Source of the DNA: Lingula anatina
Lineage: Eukaryota > Animalia > Brachiopoda
Length of the DNA: 64,000 nucleotides
NCBI GenBank assembly: GCA_051362555.1
Contig: CM120641.1
Location: 31,192,401-31,256,400 of the forward strand
Reading direction: 5' to 3'
The notes beneath the pieces are model-generated. The model searched no databases and had not been told where the DNA came from. It worked only from the letters and a program-made list of their open reading frames with translations. A program made the position numbers and the translations under genes. Positions 25,491-39,700 of this stretch are shown in pieces (position 1 is the stretch's first letter; each line of letters opens with the position of its first letter).

Positions 25491-28400
25491 GAGGTACATA
25501 GTTGTATTTCATGTGCCATTTCTACACTAGGCGAGTACAGCTGTGTGAACTAAGAATGGAGAAAGTTCGGCATTGCCTGCAGTATTTTTTGTAGGGGGTC
25601 TAAATACAAAGAGTTAATGCCAAATCTTAAAAATATTCTTTGTTTTTTCAAGATGTTTCTTTTAATTTAAGAAAATGCAACATTTGACTAGAGTCCTCCC
25701 TTGTAGCAGCTATGTGCAGCACTTCGTTCACCAGCGCTCTCCTGACTCAAAGGAAAATGTTGTAGTTAAGAACAAATATCCCTATGGTATTACACCGTTT
25801 ATTTCATGTTTGGTACTCGCGACAAAAACCAAAATGCGCTTGGATATCCACAGGGGCGATGGCTGAAATCACTGGAGCTGATCAAGGCCTACATGTACAC
25901 TAGCTGCCAGGTTATTTGTGACGCTTGTGGTGTTCTTCTTGGGGACTGACTACAGGAAAATCCAGAGGAAAAGAAAGGAAGAGAGGCTAACACGTCAGGT
26001 TATTTGCACCTTAACTGGATCCTCCAGTGATGGTGATGAAAAGATAAATGAATAAGATAACGTTTATTTTGAACTTAATGTTCCACTTTCCGAAGACAAA
26101 ATCCGAATCTCAACGATTTTAGGTATCAGTACCCATAATCGGGTTCGTAGCCAAGTTGGGTGGGTGGGGGTGGGGTGGGTCGAGCTGTTCGAAATAACTC
26201 TGTTTGCTGGGAAAATGTCCACTCTGGATAAATTTGGTCCATTTGCACAACAGCCCGGAATTCGATACAATTTACATAGGTACAAGCAGAGTTGCTTCAG
26301 TTTTTTTTTTTTTTCTTTTTTGTCTCATCACGAATAACATGTTTTTTGACCGATATGGTTTTTTAAAAAAAGGCCCTCTTTATAATTAGGCTATATCTTC
26401 TGGGCCATAGGCTAGCTGAGGAAAATGCTTGGTGGAGCGGGAGTAGGCCTACAGTAACTATGCAGAGGTTGGCGGTTATTTGTACCGCCTGTGGTACACA
26501 TATAAACGCCTACTGGTAGAAAAATAAGACACTTTTATGGACTGTATAAACGGAAAATACTTCAACTTTATTAAGATCCTCTTTTCCCCATATTTCTCTG
26601 CCCTTCCCAGAACGCGTTTTTACTGTGTACACTTTTTTTGCATTTTATATACAATACACTGTCGATCAGATATAAGGAAAACTACAACGAAATATTTATT
26701 TTTAATATTCTTTAAATATATTGTGAATTTGAACGACACACACACTAACACTGGGAGATCAAGATAAATTATACTCTGCAAATTAAGAATGACAAACCAT
26801 GAACTGATAATAAAAACCGGGAGTTAGAACAATATTGACAGAAAAGATGTATTTTTTGCTATTATTTCAAGACAAATTCGGTTATTTACATGGTGTAAGA
26901 AGTTATTTATTAAATGATCTTAAGTTACCATTTAGAATATACTTTTGGACTTAGTACAGTAAGGACTGGGTGACTGGTAAAATATTGTATGAACAATAGC
27001 TTAAATTTAAAGTAAGACCCGTGCTCTAACTTAAAGCCAGTGCAGCTGTTTAAAAACATGTAGGGCCTAATGTAATTTGTTGGCAATGAAAAAATACACT
27101 TCAAAAATAAGTATTATTGAATTAATAGGCCTATTGTAGTGTCAGAAGCATTTATACTTGAAATGTTCTGAAGCTAAGAAAAGTATACCATTAAACATTT
27201 ATATAAAAAACATTACCAGCCCGGGACCCACCGGTCTGCCGCTAGGTGGTTTAAAAAAAAAACCCGGAAGTTATAGATTTTTGAAATGGGATATTTTTTT
27301 TGATTTATAGGATGTCAGAAAAGGTGGAATATCTCGCTATTTAGGATATAAGAGTTTCGTTATGTACGGAAATTTAACTTTATCTCCAGTGCTTGCATTC
27401 TTAGAGAACAGGTCGGAATTTTAAAATACAGCAAGTTGTGGCAAATTTATTCAGCTTCATGTCAATGTAAACATGTAAGGAACTTTACCTTCATCCAGCA
27501 TTGGCACAAATCAATTCACAGCAGAGTATGCAGGAAAAAGTCGTACTTGCAATATCCATGTGCCAGCCTCGTTTTGACCTAGTACATTCTAATCTAGCTT
27601 CGTTTTGGATTATTCTTCGCACAATATTGTCTATATAGACAAACAAAACTTGCACAGGAAGAATGGGAAAAATGAAAATATAATTATCTCATTTTTTTTC
27701 TTTGTAAATAAGCATTTATCTATTACACGAGGCGGATTGATGAGTTTCTTTTTATGAAAAGACAAAAAACAAATGAGTACTTTTTATCAATTGACTCAAT
27801 TTATAAATTTTTTACATATGAGCAACTTTTATAACATGAGTCAACAAAGTATCAATATTGTGACAGCCAACAGGGATTAAAGCTTTGCAAATATACATGC
27901 AGATTTGTGGCAAAAAGTGTTATGTTTTATTTTCGCAACATTGATATGGTGATTTATTTTACACATCTAGATCAGTACATATACAGTTAGCCAACAAACA
28001 CACCACCCACTTTTAAAAACAGGACCAATTTTAACAAATAATATTTTATAAATTTACCCAAGGTCAGCAGTTCTTTTCTCACCAACACCAAGTTATTCCT
28101 GTACCAATCCATATTTGCATTTGAAATAACTTTTTTATTTTTATAAGAATAATTTTTGTCTACACGCCACGTCATGTATGCAAAAGCTTGCACATTAAAC
28201 TTAATATACCCTACTTTTGGTGCATGGTGCAAACCTACCCGTAAAATAATATGACAAACTAGTTATACTGATGATCAATAAATATTATTATTATTAGCAT
28301 CAGCTAGCACAGCACAAAAATATTTTCTATCTCTTAAAAGAATGTCAGAGGTTGTGACGGTGCTCAATGCTACACAGCATTTGGAAATGATAGGTGCTTC

Positions 28401-29058
28401 TGTCATAATAATTGCAGGCCAAGGAATGGCAAAATGATTAATCCTGGTCCCATTCATGTTCTTCAAGCCTAGAAAAATATCAAATTAAAAAGTAACATAA
28501 AAACACTTTTCTAACTGCAAATGTCTTTCCACACACACAACAACACGCACACTAAAATCAATATAAATAATAAATCACTATCTTGGTAATAAAGCTGGTA
28601 GAAAATACATACTGGGGTACATGTCTACAAATTACAGTGTTCACAACTACCACACTAATTATTGTACTGGTACATTTTGTTTCACAAAATACACAACATT
28701 TGTAACTTAAAACAAAGGAATAGTTTTACAAATATAAGGTTTTTATTTCATGAAACAATTTTCTTTCACAAACTAATAAGCCATGTGTACGCAGGTGTGT
28801 GTGTGTGTGTGCGTGTGTGAGTTTGTGTGTGAAGAGAGAGAAAGAGAGCATATATAGCAGTCAACTTTCAAGATAAAAATAAAGTTATGGCAAAAAAACA
28901 ATGCATACATGTAATGTACGATGCCGTATTCTCAAAAGCATTAGGATCTGTTCTCCTAACTAAAGAACCACAGTTTTGTTGGCACATCCAGCAGATACTC
29001 TAGCACTCAAAAAAAAAAAAAAAAAAAAAGATTGATTACGTACTGTATACGCTAAATA

Positions 29059-29595
29059 TACTGATAGTCAATGAAAACGCATCATTTACTTTTCGAATAG
29101 CATTTAAGTTCCTTTGGCACATTAAGAAAATAAGTTTTCGTGTGAAATATAACCCATTATTCAGTCACACAAGGTGAAATAAAGATCAGAAAAGATCATT
29201 AAAATGCAAGGTCACGTGATCAAATCTCTTTGGTTCCGCCCAGCCTCCAGCATCCCCAGTCGCTCTTCCAGTGTCAGACGTGGCATGACATTACTTTTTT
29301 TGGCATGTGTCATACTGGATTTGGTGACTACCTTAAATAGGCTTAATTAATCACCATATATTGAACCTGATTAATTCACACCAATCACGAAACAGGAAAA
29401 ACACATAATTTTGTAACAGCTGACCACAAAATCAATAAAGTGGAAATTTTAAACATCCGAGTGGTCAGCCCACTCTCTTTTGACCAAATACGTGCATCTG
29501 TACTCGTTTATATGGTTGGAATCAATTCTAGGTAAAAGTACAAGAGTACAAAAGTACAAGAAAGTTTTCTGATGCGTTTTCATCGACTGTCAGTA
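29059..29595 (-). mobile_element. Internally deleted Tc1 derivative
   Basis: TIRs tactgatagtcaatgaaaacgcatca / tgatgcgttttcatcgactgtcagta with TA flanks. The minus strand near 29285 reads MPRLTLEERLGMLEAGRNQRD, a Tc1 transposase N-terminus. Confidence 0.85.
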
Positions 29596-31435
29596 TATAA
29601 ACCTCGTTGGAAATATCGAAAACCACCAAGTTACAGGTTTGGTCAGTGCTCAAAAATTTTATATGTTCAAAAATGAATGTCAAACTATGGAAAAACCTGA
29701 ACAGACAAAGGAAAAAGCCCATCTACATTTGGCACAATTCAAAAACACAGTTACAATGCCGCTTTGTGTGCAGCCATTTTGGAAGACGAATGTAACTTCA
29801 GAAAATACTCAGTGAAATTGATACACGAACATTCCTTTGGGGTATAAGATGTAACTGAAGCATATGCTGTATCGTCTTTTTGAATTTATTAGTATATAAA
29901 TCAACTGGTCATTGTATAAACATATGTACATCTTACCTGTCTCAATGCCTTCTTCTCCCACCATTTTTTCTTAGAGCTATCCGCTCCCTTTTTGAAAACA
30001 AGGCCAAATCTAATATTTTCCTAAGTAACTGTCATATGAGCCACTGGCTCCCGGGCTATACTAAAACTGCATTTCATTTCAAACAAAAAATACTTGCAAT
30101 AATTGCTTCCTTCCATGTTTCCCTTCACTGTTTGGAGATTGTTAAAGAGAAATCAACTAAAAATCCACAGAAGTGTTTCTAAACACTCGAATTACAAAAA
30201 TGCTCAACAGAAGACTGTACCCAAGTGGTATAAAAAATAATCAATTTGAATAGGATGCCATCTACATCTTCACTACAGTACCAATGTGTGTTAAATAGTG
30301 CAAACTGCCATTTCATACTTTACCCAGGAAATGACAAAGAAAACAACCATCAATATGTTCCTTTCAATGATAACTATTCTAAGTTTATTCATTACTGCAA
30401 GCAAAAAAAAACAAACAAAAAAACAGAAAAAGGCTTTGTAAAAGACTAAATTATGCAATGTAAACAATAAACAAACTTTATGATCAAGATATATATTGGT
30501 CTATATGAGCATCACAATATTAAGTGAACTGTTCATTGTTCATATATATATACTAGTATATGTCATAGAGGCAAACTGCCCACATACGATCACAAAAGAT
30601 ATGAAGAGCTGTACACTGTGGCCATCAGGATCACTCAGTTTCACACTTAAGTACAGATTCATATTTAAGAGTACATGAGGAAAATTTTATTTCAATCAAA
30701 ACCAGGCTGCATGAAAACTACCAAGAGCTAATAAGTTGATGTGTTTTTTTACAAATACATAATCTACATTTCATTGGAGGAATGTAAACAGGAATATTAA
30801 CAGTATAGTATAAACAGTATATCGCTTCTGGTACTGTCTGGTACCATTTATGATTCAGATGAAGAAATGCCTTTAATAATTTTGTTCTCAGTTGAAAATG
30901 CATACTACATATTAAATATTAATTTAAAACCATTTGTAATTTTTTCACTGCACTCTCTATTGACGGATTGCCTGCAGTTAAGTTAGGTGGAAAGGATAAC
31001 ACGTGGCTTTGTTTGCTGGCTGCTGCTGTCAGGTAGCAGGCCTGTAGCCAGGGGGGTTCAGGGGTTCGAAAGAACTGCCCTTTTTGTCAGAAAAAAGTCC
31101 ATTCTGGGATACTCTGCCACAGGTGTACTGGTAAGACATCTACATGTAGACATGAATCACTGGATGACATGAATCACTAATTAATCCTGAATGACAGGTC
31201 TATACCAGTTCTCTTGCTGCCTTGTAACCACTCCCTGAAAAATGCACAACAGATAAAACTGATTTTAATAAAATGTGAAACAACCAAAAGGTTCAGGCTA
31301 TTGAGAGTTCAAGTACACACTTTGAAAATGCCAGAATAAGAAAAATGAAAATATTTCAAAAATATTATAAATTTAATGAAAAAAAGATAATCCTATAGAA
31401 CTGGTTTTCTAATTTGAGCATCACAGGATAACCAA

Positions 31436-31565
31436 GGCTGCAAGCAGCATGGCAGGACAACAGAGACGGCCAAAACATGGCAAGACAAGTGTGACTGCCA
31501 GCATCATGGCAGGACAACTGAAACTTCCAGAACATAGCGGGACAACTGAGACTGCTAGCTGGATG
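31436..31565. repeat. Short diverged patch of the 28/30-bp satellite found at 52550-56720
   Basis: catggcaggacaac..gagactgc units. Confidence 0.8.
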
Positions 31566-31629
31566 GCTTCAATGGCAGCCATTGTAATCCTTTCAGAATA
31601 GGAGTTATATGATGTGCACTATTGCACTT

Positions 31630-31979
31630 TATTTGACAAACCAGTTTTGCAGCCGAGTTTTGAATAACTTGTAATTAATTTTTTTTAATCTGATAGTCAC
31701 ATGTACCAAAGAGGAGACTTGCAGTAATCTTATCTTGATGATTTTTTTTAATGTATTTACTAATTTTTCAGTGGTTCTGTTATAAAACACTTTTCTTACT
31801 TTTCCAATGTGCATAAGATGCTGATTTACACATTCAGATACATGCTTCCCCACACAGTGCCATTTTCATTGAGGGTAACTACCAGATCTTTTACAGAACT
31901 AGATGGTTTTATAAGAACATCTATGCAAATGTTGGCATTTGCTGCATTTTTCCTATTTGCTTTGAACCTTGATGTAAAC
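31630..31979 (-). pseudogene. L2/CR1-like LINE reverse transcriptase relic, 3' part (5' part at 52296-52480)
   Basis: Degenerate KPSSSVKDLVVTL and HLMHIGKVRK..TEKLVN motifs typical of the RT C-terminal region. Contiguity with 52296 is shown by the uninterrupted paralog at 56874-57040. Confidence 0.6.
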
Positions 31980-32474
31980 TACCCTCTACCAGGGCACAGT
32001 ATTCATTCTAGGAATGTTTCAATATGGGACAAAGGGCCCCTATCATAAAAAGAAGTGGGTCATTACATTTTGAAGTGGGCCCTTTTTCAAATCTTTAAAT
32101 AATAATATGTAACACGTGTTTTACTGCTGTGGTTTTAATATTCAGAGATGAAAAATACTTTATATCATAAAAATAATATTTTGACTTGCAGGTTCACATT
32201 CAATAGGTTATCCCAACTTTCTAAAATAAGAGACTTCATGCTCGAAATTTTGTTTACAAATATAAGATTACACTGAAATATGTTGATGATTCTTTCACCA
32301 ATAACCAAAATCTTACTAAAACAAGATTTTAAAACCATTTTTGGCTTCAATTTATAAAAAAAACCATGAAATTTAATTAATTATATAAGGTTGAGATAGC
32401 ACATAAAAAGCTACCAGATTGAATGATATCACAAACATAAAAATCACTAAGAGAATCTGTCCCTTTTTTGATAC

Positions 32475-32999
32475 CTACAAAGAATGTATCGGAAGGATGA
32501 GGGAGATTGCAGCCAGCTTCAACAAATTGGGAAAGTCTTCACTATGGTGTGTTTTGATAATGCTCCACAGTTTGCAGGTGGCATCTCTTGCATACCCCAT
32601 TCTGAAAACCAATTCTTTGAGTTTAGACCATTCACTCATACCTTGTTTTTCAATTATTATTGGCACTGATCTGGACCCATGATGTTCAATAATGTTACCA
32701 TAATGGCTAGCAAGTTTCTGTATAGGGACTTCACCCCAATTTTCTCTTTCTGACTCAGACAAAAAGCTTAGTGGTCTCATGCTCAAATACCCAAATGCTG
32801 TTACCATATCCAAGTGTTCCTGGGGAAATCTGGCATTTATGTTGTTAATGAGATTGTCAATAAATTGACACTGAATTGCCTTGCATTGTTTTTCATAATT
32901 AGGACAACAAGTCAGAAGGTGGTCCCTGAAGAATTTACGTTGACCTGTTCCCACCTTCAGGAGAAATTCCTCGATGTAGCTGCCAGGTTTACCAGACAA
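32475..32999 (-). pseudogene. hAT-A transposase, 3' part (ZNF862-like), ending just before the catalytic Glu motif
   Basis: FIDNLINNINARFP..EWSKLK..FPNLLKLAAISLILPIHSL*; joins 49574 in frame once hAT-B is removed. Confidence 0.88.
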
Positions 33000-33375
33000 C
33001 AGAGATGCCTACCTAAAAATGTTAAAATCAGGACTTTTGGTAAAATTTTCAGTATTTTCTAATAACTTTCAGTAACACAAATCCAATTAATCAACACCTT
33101 ATTTAAATCATTAAATGTTATTAAGCACTACCTTATTTTTTTATTTTTCCTTATTTATGAAAAAACAATGAATGAAATGGTAAAAAGTTTAGGATAACCA
33201 TTATTTATTTCATCAGAATTTATTGATACACAATTTTATTATTCACAGATTAAATTCATTGTATGATTTAACAAATTACACATTCACTGTAAAAAGTTGT
33301 TAATAAAACCACAGCTTTAATTATAGTTCGTCCAACCTGTCACTTCGTTTATCAATTGGTAACTTTTTTAAGATA

Positions 33376-33534
33376 AACTAGAGGATCAGAGAGGCGATAC
33401 CGCCTCTGGATATTGTACCACCAGCTGGAGTAAGCTCATTTGTATGGAAAACCGAAAAAAAAAAGGGACACCACTACCAGTCTTGTGCTTGACAAGCTCT
33501 ATAAAATGCAATAAACTAGAATTCTCAAAATATG

Positions 33535-33611
<77 letters not shown>

Positions 33612-35148
33612 TGTAAAAATGGTCCTATCAATTTTCGAATTGACCTGTATTTTCCTCTCATTGATCATTCCGGTGATTTTCTAGACAAAAGGCCTATTTG
33701 TTTTCCTCGAAATGTATTATCAGTGTTGCATATTTGCTGATAAAAAAGAAAACCAAGAGGCAACACTGGGTATATCTCTGCTAGTTTTGAAGATATGAGG
33801 GGCAAGAAAATATGCAAAGTTTAGTTCATGGTGAAAAAGAAGGTCATAAAAAGTAAGTCAAAGGTCAATTTCAAGGCCACAGTCAGATTGCCAGTATATG
33901 CTTTCCTACTTAAGTTCAATAGCAACTATGAGCCTACCTCTGTCAGTTTTCCGAGATATAAGGGTGACAAAATTTACCAGGTTCAATTCATGGTGAAAAG
34001 TAGGTCAAAGGTCAATTTCAAGGTCACAGTAAGATTGCCAGTATATGACTTCCTACTCAAGTTCAACAGTAACTATGGGCGTATCTCTGATAGTTTTAGA
34101 GATATAAGGTCTGGAAAATTTGCAAAGTTTAGTTCATGGTGAAAATTAGGTCAAAGGTCAAATTCAGGATCACATAAAATTGCCAGTTTATGACTTCCTA
34201 TTCAAGTTCAATAGTAGCTATGGGCGAATCTTTGCCAGTTTTGGAGATATAAAGATCAGAAAACTTGCAAAGTGCAGTTCATCATGAAAAGTAGGTAAAA
34301 GGTCAATTTCAAGGTCACAGTCAGATTACCAGTATACGATTTCCTATTCAAGTTCAATAGTAACTATGGGCATATCTGTGCTAAAAAAACACTGAATATC
34401 TGATATTGAACTTTTTGATATAATGCAACGCCTAAGCCGAATTGAAAAAGGAAAAATGGGCACCACTTTCTGTGTTGCACTTGATAAGCTCTACAAAATG
34501 CAAAACACAAGAGGTCTCTAGCATTAACGGTTCCAGAATTACAGAAAGTTTTCTGTTTCGCATCTAATGGCCGCTACTCCGATGAAAATGCACCGATTGA
34601 CCCCAAACTCAAAAAGATGAAAGATGACCCAAAGGGTAACAACTACCCATAATATTATAGGTTAGATCTGTGTAGTTTCTGAAAATCAGCAGAAATAAAA
34701 AAATTTTCGCAAAAAAAATTAAGATTTTTAGAAAATCTTGGCCAGGTTGACCTCGAAATAAAGTCTAAAGTCAAATCCAAGGGCATATTTGGAATCTTCA
34801 CATATGACTTTCGGTCAGACTTCTGTAGTAATTTTTCCCATAATTTCTTCGATTTGGGAGATATTTGGCATTGAATTTTCAAAAATTTTGACAAGGGTGT
34901 GTTTCAACGAGCGTCATGCCCAGACCAATGCACTGACTGAGACAAAAAGAACAGGGGGTTCAAGTTGAGATTATATGTGACCTAAATCCAAGAGATGGGT
35001 ACATGGGTCCTTGCAGTCTAGGAGGAGAAGCAGTAATGGTGACTTGTATCCAGCGCCAGTACGCGGAGCCGCAGGAGCCGGCAGAGCCGTACGAGACGGT
35101 CGGGACTAAAATCATGAGTACCGCCAGCGTACACGCTGGTGGTACTAA
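33376..35148 (-). mobile_element. Helentron-type non-autonomous element (HINE family 2), complete copy
   Basis: 5' hairpin agtaccgccagcgt-ac-acgctggtggtact (35117-35146); 3' subTIR gtaccaccagc (33415-33425), stem-loop agaggcg-atac-cgcctct and CTAG-TTT terminus; internal tandem repeats of about 146 bp and (TA)n. Confidence 0.8.
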
Positions 35149-36479
35149 ATATGGCACTTACAATATTACTAGACCTTTTATACAAAAAAGGTATTAGTAT
35201 ATGAAAAGCACAAATTAAAAACCTACCATCCATTGACTGAACGGAGCATCCAAGTACTTCTAAGCGCAATTCAGGTCTCCCATTCCAGGCCAGAAGATGT
35301 ATACTTATGGCATCTGCTATGAATGGTGGGTGCATATACTGTGTAACCAGCCCATTCCAATCAGTGTTTCCGGACAGCTGAAATATTTTACTCAAGGTGA
35401 GGAATATGCAAATCAGTTGTTCTTAATGTTCAACAGTAAGATACCCAGACACTGTAATATATTTCAGATATACACTTATGCACTGTAATTTCGTGAAAAC
35501 ACACACACACTTAACAAGGTAACTATAGTAGCTTTCAAAAACAACACAAACTTATATGGCAATATATACATTTTTTATGAGTCTCAGAATAGATGTTATA
35601 AAAGTACAAATGTCATTGTTACATGTCTCTCCATACCTCCAGAGTTCCATTGGAAGAATAGTTGTGCCACCCCTTTTCATCATTGTAGGTAACTCTGTAC
35701 TGCGTTATCCAGTTTGTTGAAGTGGACTGTGTGGTATAACCCCCTAAGAGCAGAGAAAATTTATGTTTTTAGCTTTCTATGCATCTCATCTCCTCTCCAC
35801 TATCCCGTCCTCCCATCCTTACCTCCTGCTCTCTCTCTCTCTCTCTCTCTCTCTCATCCTCACTTCCTCAAATTAAAGCACAAACTACCCTTCCGAAATT
35901 GTCTCACCAACAGCACAAAAGTTAATCAACTTAATACCAGTTATCAAAAACACATTACTGTTACCCTACCTTGTGTGACAATCCCAGTTACAATACGCCT
36001 GGTATTAAAGGTGAGCTTGACCCAGGGGGCACTATCAGAAGTATTTGGAGCCCATGCACCTTCATCATAAAGACTGGAAAAGTATATCAGAAACCATTTA
36101 TGAAAACCCGTTTCCATGTATGTTCTGTAAAAAATCCATACAATTTGTAGGAAATTGATTAAGATCTACATGTAAAAAATTAATTTCTAGATTTGCAATA
36201 AGATTTAGCCAGAAAGAAAGGGGGGTGGGGATTCCACTGCTAAGTCTGAAGATGTATGTTTGCATTTACTACAAACACACACACAAAAGAAAAACACACA
36301 CACACATGCATATTTGTGTGTGTGATATATGTAAACGAATCTTACTGTATGTTTTGTTTTTGAAAGTTTGCTTCTGCTGCTTCTGATGACACTTCTACTT
36401 GACTGGATGACAACAGAGACTCACTGCAGGGTTCTAATTCAAATAAAGGTAAATTAGGAAAATCAAGGTCTGTCTTCGA

Positions 36480-36731
36480 CCCCTTTCACATACACACTAT
36501 TGGTCTACATAGACCAATACATTTCTATGGGATTGCTTAAATAGTGCAATCAGCTTAACTGAGTGACATGCCTCCTCTTCTTTCCAACGTTCTATAATCA
36601 CCAGCATTTCTGTATTCTTCTCAGTGCCAGGAGGCCTGTCATTCAGTTAAGCTGATTGCACTCAGCTAGAGTCCCCACAGAGTTGGATAGATCTACCTAA
36701 GACTAGACCAAAGGTGTGTATGGGCAAGGGA
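36480..36731. mobile_element. Palindromic MITE in a cargo intron
   Basis: catacac..ttggtcta / tagaccaa..gtgtatg ends; inner IR tgcaatcagcttaactga / tcagttaagctgattgca. Confidence 0.65.
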
Positions 36732-39700
36732 CTTTACAGATTATACTGATGATAAATTTAGGCCAATACATAATTTCTAAAATGACATACTCCAATCTAA
36801 ACATTATGATATCATTTAACAAAGTTATATAGACTTTATATTCAGTTGGCAGCCATCACAAAGTTAAAAAATATATTTCAAGCATGTTATTATCATGTTC
36901 CACACATACCCATGAAGCATTCCACCCTCAAAGAAAACTCTTTCCCATCAGGGCGTATCCAGTATTTACCAGGTAGAAACACACCTTGACTTTTTAGAGA
37001 TTCACAAGATAACGCTTGGAAGTGATATATCGCTAGGGTAATGAAAAAATATAACACCAATACAATAATATTGCTACCTGAATAATCTTATGAATGTTAA
37101 TTAGTCGTTTACCTGTTCCTTTGAAAAACACCTAAGTATGATTAATGATTAAAAAATAAGTGTGACCAGTTCAGTTGAGTTAAATTTAGACACATTTCAT
37201 TTTTTTTACCACATAAACAAAGGAAAATAATTCCTTCTTATCCTTCTTAAACTTAAGGTATCTGCCATCAATACTTACGGCCTATAAACAAAAGGGCATG
37301 ATTGGCACCACCACAGTTTTCCAGGGAATTCCCAGTGCATGTCTGCTCACACATCATTTCATCTGCTTTTGTTAAATCATTATAGTTCGTTCTACAATAG
37401 CAGTGAGTGAGGGACACAGCAACTATATGGTAATCAAGTCCCCGGCAGTACTCTATACACTGTAATGCTGACATGTGTTTATCACTGGTTACTTCTGCTT
37501 TCGAGGTTGTTGGTTTCTGGTAGCATCCCAGGTATCCTTGAAAATAAAGAACAATGCATTAATATCCGAAACCTATATTTATGGTAGCGTCATTCTGACA
37601 AGGAGCATATAACAAAGTAAAATCTTGACAAAAGGATTAATATTGTGTAAATTTGATATGTAGTTTTAAGGATATTTAAGGACCTTTCCTGCATCTGATA
37701 ATTCAGTAATGCATCTATCTTTGTGCTGATTTAAAAAAAAAATACTTGAAAATATAAAATATTGGCATTTATATTTCTCATTGCATTGTATAAGCATAGG
37801 CAACTCAAAGATTTAATCTTCCATTTAACACATATCTATTTTGAGGTGAGATAGCACTCGGTATGGGGCGTAACTTCATCTCGAAACAAGATTTTATCAC
37901 TAAAATTGGTAGAGTTGACCACAAGTGTATAGGTTACAATCCTGTGCATCACTTAAGTTCAAATGTTTTTGTTATGGAGTTATGAGCCCCTAATTACAGA
38001 TTTTCATTTAACAAGGGCATTATTTTGCTTTATCAACGATAAAATCTGAACTAAGACTTTTAAGAAAAATTGCTGGCAGGGTTTGGAGTACTAAATGGTG
38101 TCATTAAATCAGCATTGAAATGGTGACCATGAGTGCTCAGGTAAAAGAAAAATTTAAGAAACTGATTTTTCAGTTTTTACCCCAAAATCACAACTATGAC
38201 GTCGCCTGTAAGATGTGTAAATGTCAATTAATCTAGTCACTGAACACTGAAGATTATATATTACACAAAAAGAATGTATGTAAGGCAGTAAATAAGGAGT
38301 TTTGGGGAAAGGGTGACAATATCCTTTAAACCCTGTGTGTACGTGTGTGTGTGTAAAATCAAAAAAATCTTTATTTGTTTTAATCTATATTTTTTTAATT
38401 GATGAAGTTTAATCTAAATATTATAAACTGATTGCTTATTTTTTCCATAAAAACTCACCATAATTCTTTTGACAGATAAAAGAGGAGGCTGAGTCATTAA
38501 AATCCTGCAGTAAATATCCAATACCCTGTGACATAACCATGAATTGGCTCCAAACATCAGATGGTTCATTGGTATCCATGATACCTGTAACATCTACGAA
38601 GGAGCCATCAACACTGCGATAAACATTTAAAGAATATGGATCATATAAGCCAACCAGCCATTTTGAAATTGATGAGTACTGTGGTAATGTGGAGAGGACA
38701 TTCTGAAGATGACTCTTTATGCCAGTGTCTGCTGGCACAGCTATGTAGCCACCATCTTCCAAACATTTCCTTCTGGCTTCAGATGGAGAAACTTCTGTTG
38801 AATTGATGATAAAGCAGTTGCCCCAGTACCCATAACCCCAAGGACTGCTGCATTGTGTTTTATCTGCCAGGTCTGGAGAGAAAAAAAAATGTAATTCACT
38901 ACAATAAACAGTTGCCTTAAATCTTACCAGGCAAAACATATATACAAATATCTCTGCAATACTATGGACAACTATGTACCAAGAAGAGAATTTTGTTCAC
39001 TACAGTGCTTTTTTTTACCATATCATCAAAACAGTTTTTGCCATTTCATACATCTTATTTGAATAGTTTCTCTTAATTCCGAGGTTCTGATAAAAAAAAA
39101 GGGTGACACTCAAATTTAAGTCTCTAAATGATTGACATACATGCACATGTTGGTGGATATCCATCCCAAGTAAAGTTTGCCTGGCATGTGAGTCTTAGAG
39201 ATCCATTGACAACATCGTAGCCTTGGAAACAACCATATGTGACATCCCCTCCTATCTGATATCCCCCCACTGTTTTTGTGGCATTTACCCCCTCACCGGG
39301 GTCACTACATCCTAGAGTATATCATCAAAATATTCCATACATAATGTCCCTTATGGAGGTTATAAAATATTGTAAATCATAATATCTTAAACATTTACAT
39401 ACATGAAATACTTAGAACTTGTTAGGAAATGTTTGTTTAACTTAAAGGGGATAATTATTCCTAAACAAAATTTCAGTTTCAACTATAAGAATTAAGATAT
39501 TTCCCTTACGGTCACACTCCAATGGTGCCCCTCCTGTCCACTGTCCAGTCACTCCACAGGTAAAGCTTATATTCCCTGCACTCTGTGAATAACCAGCATC
39601 ACAAGTGTACTGAACCTCCTCTGAGTTCCTATAGTGGGTTTTCACTGGGCTGTAGGAGGCCATGGTACCATTGGGCGGAGGTGTGCAGCCTGAAAAGAGC

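Noticed and set aside
25155-25519. Gly/Arg-rich ORFs
   Set aside because: Artefacts of the 30-bp minisatellite; open in several frames.
27215-27275. CTCF-like and ETS-like motifs in a small CpG patch
   Set aside because: No associated gene could be identified, and short motifs occur by chance.
28275-28468. Possible terminal exon of the lectin gene
   Set aside because: It has an acceptor-like site but no recognisable domain, and it lies outside all the nested elements that enclose the lectin exons.
33386-33661. ORF with (YI)n run
   Set aside because: Translation of a (TA)n microsatellite inside a HINE.
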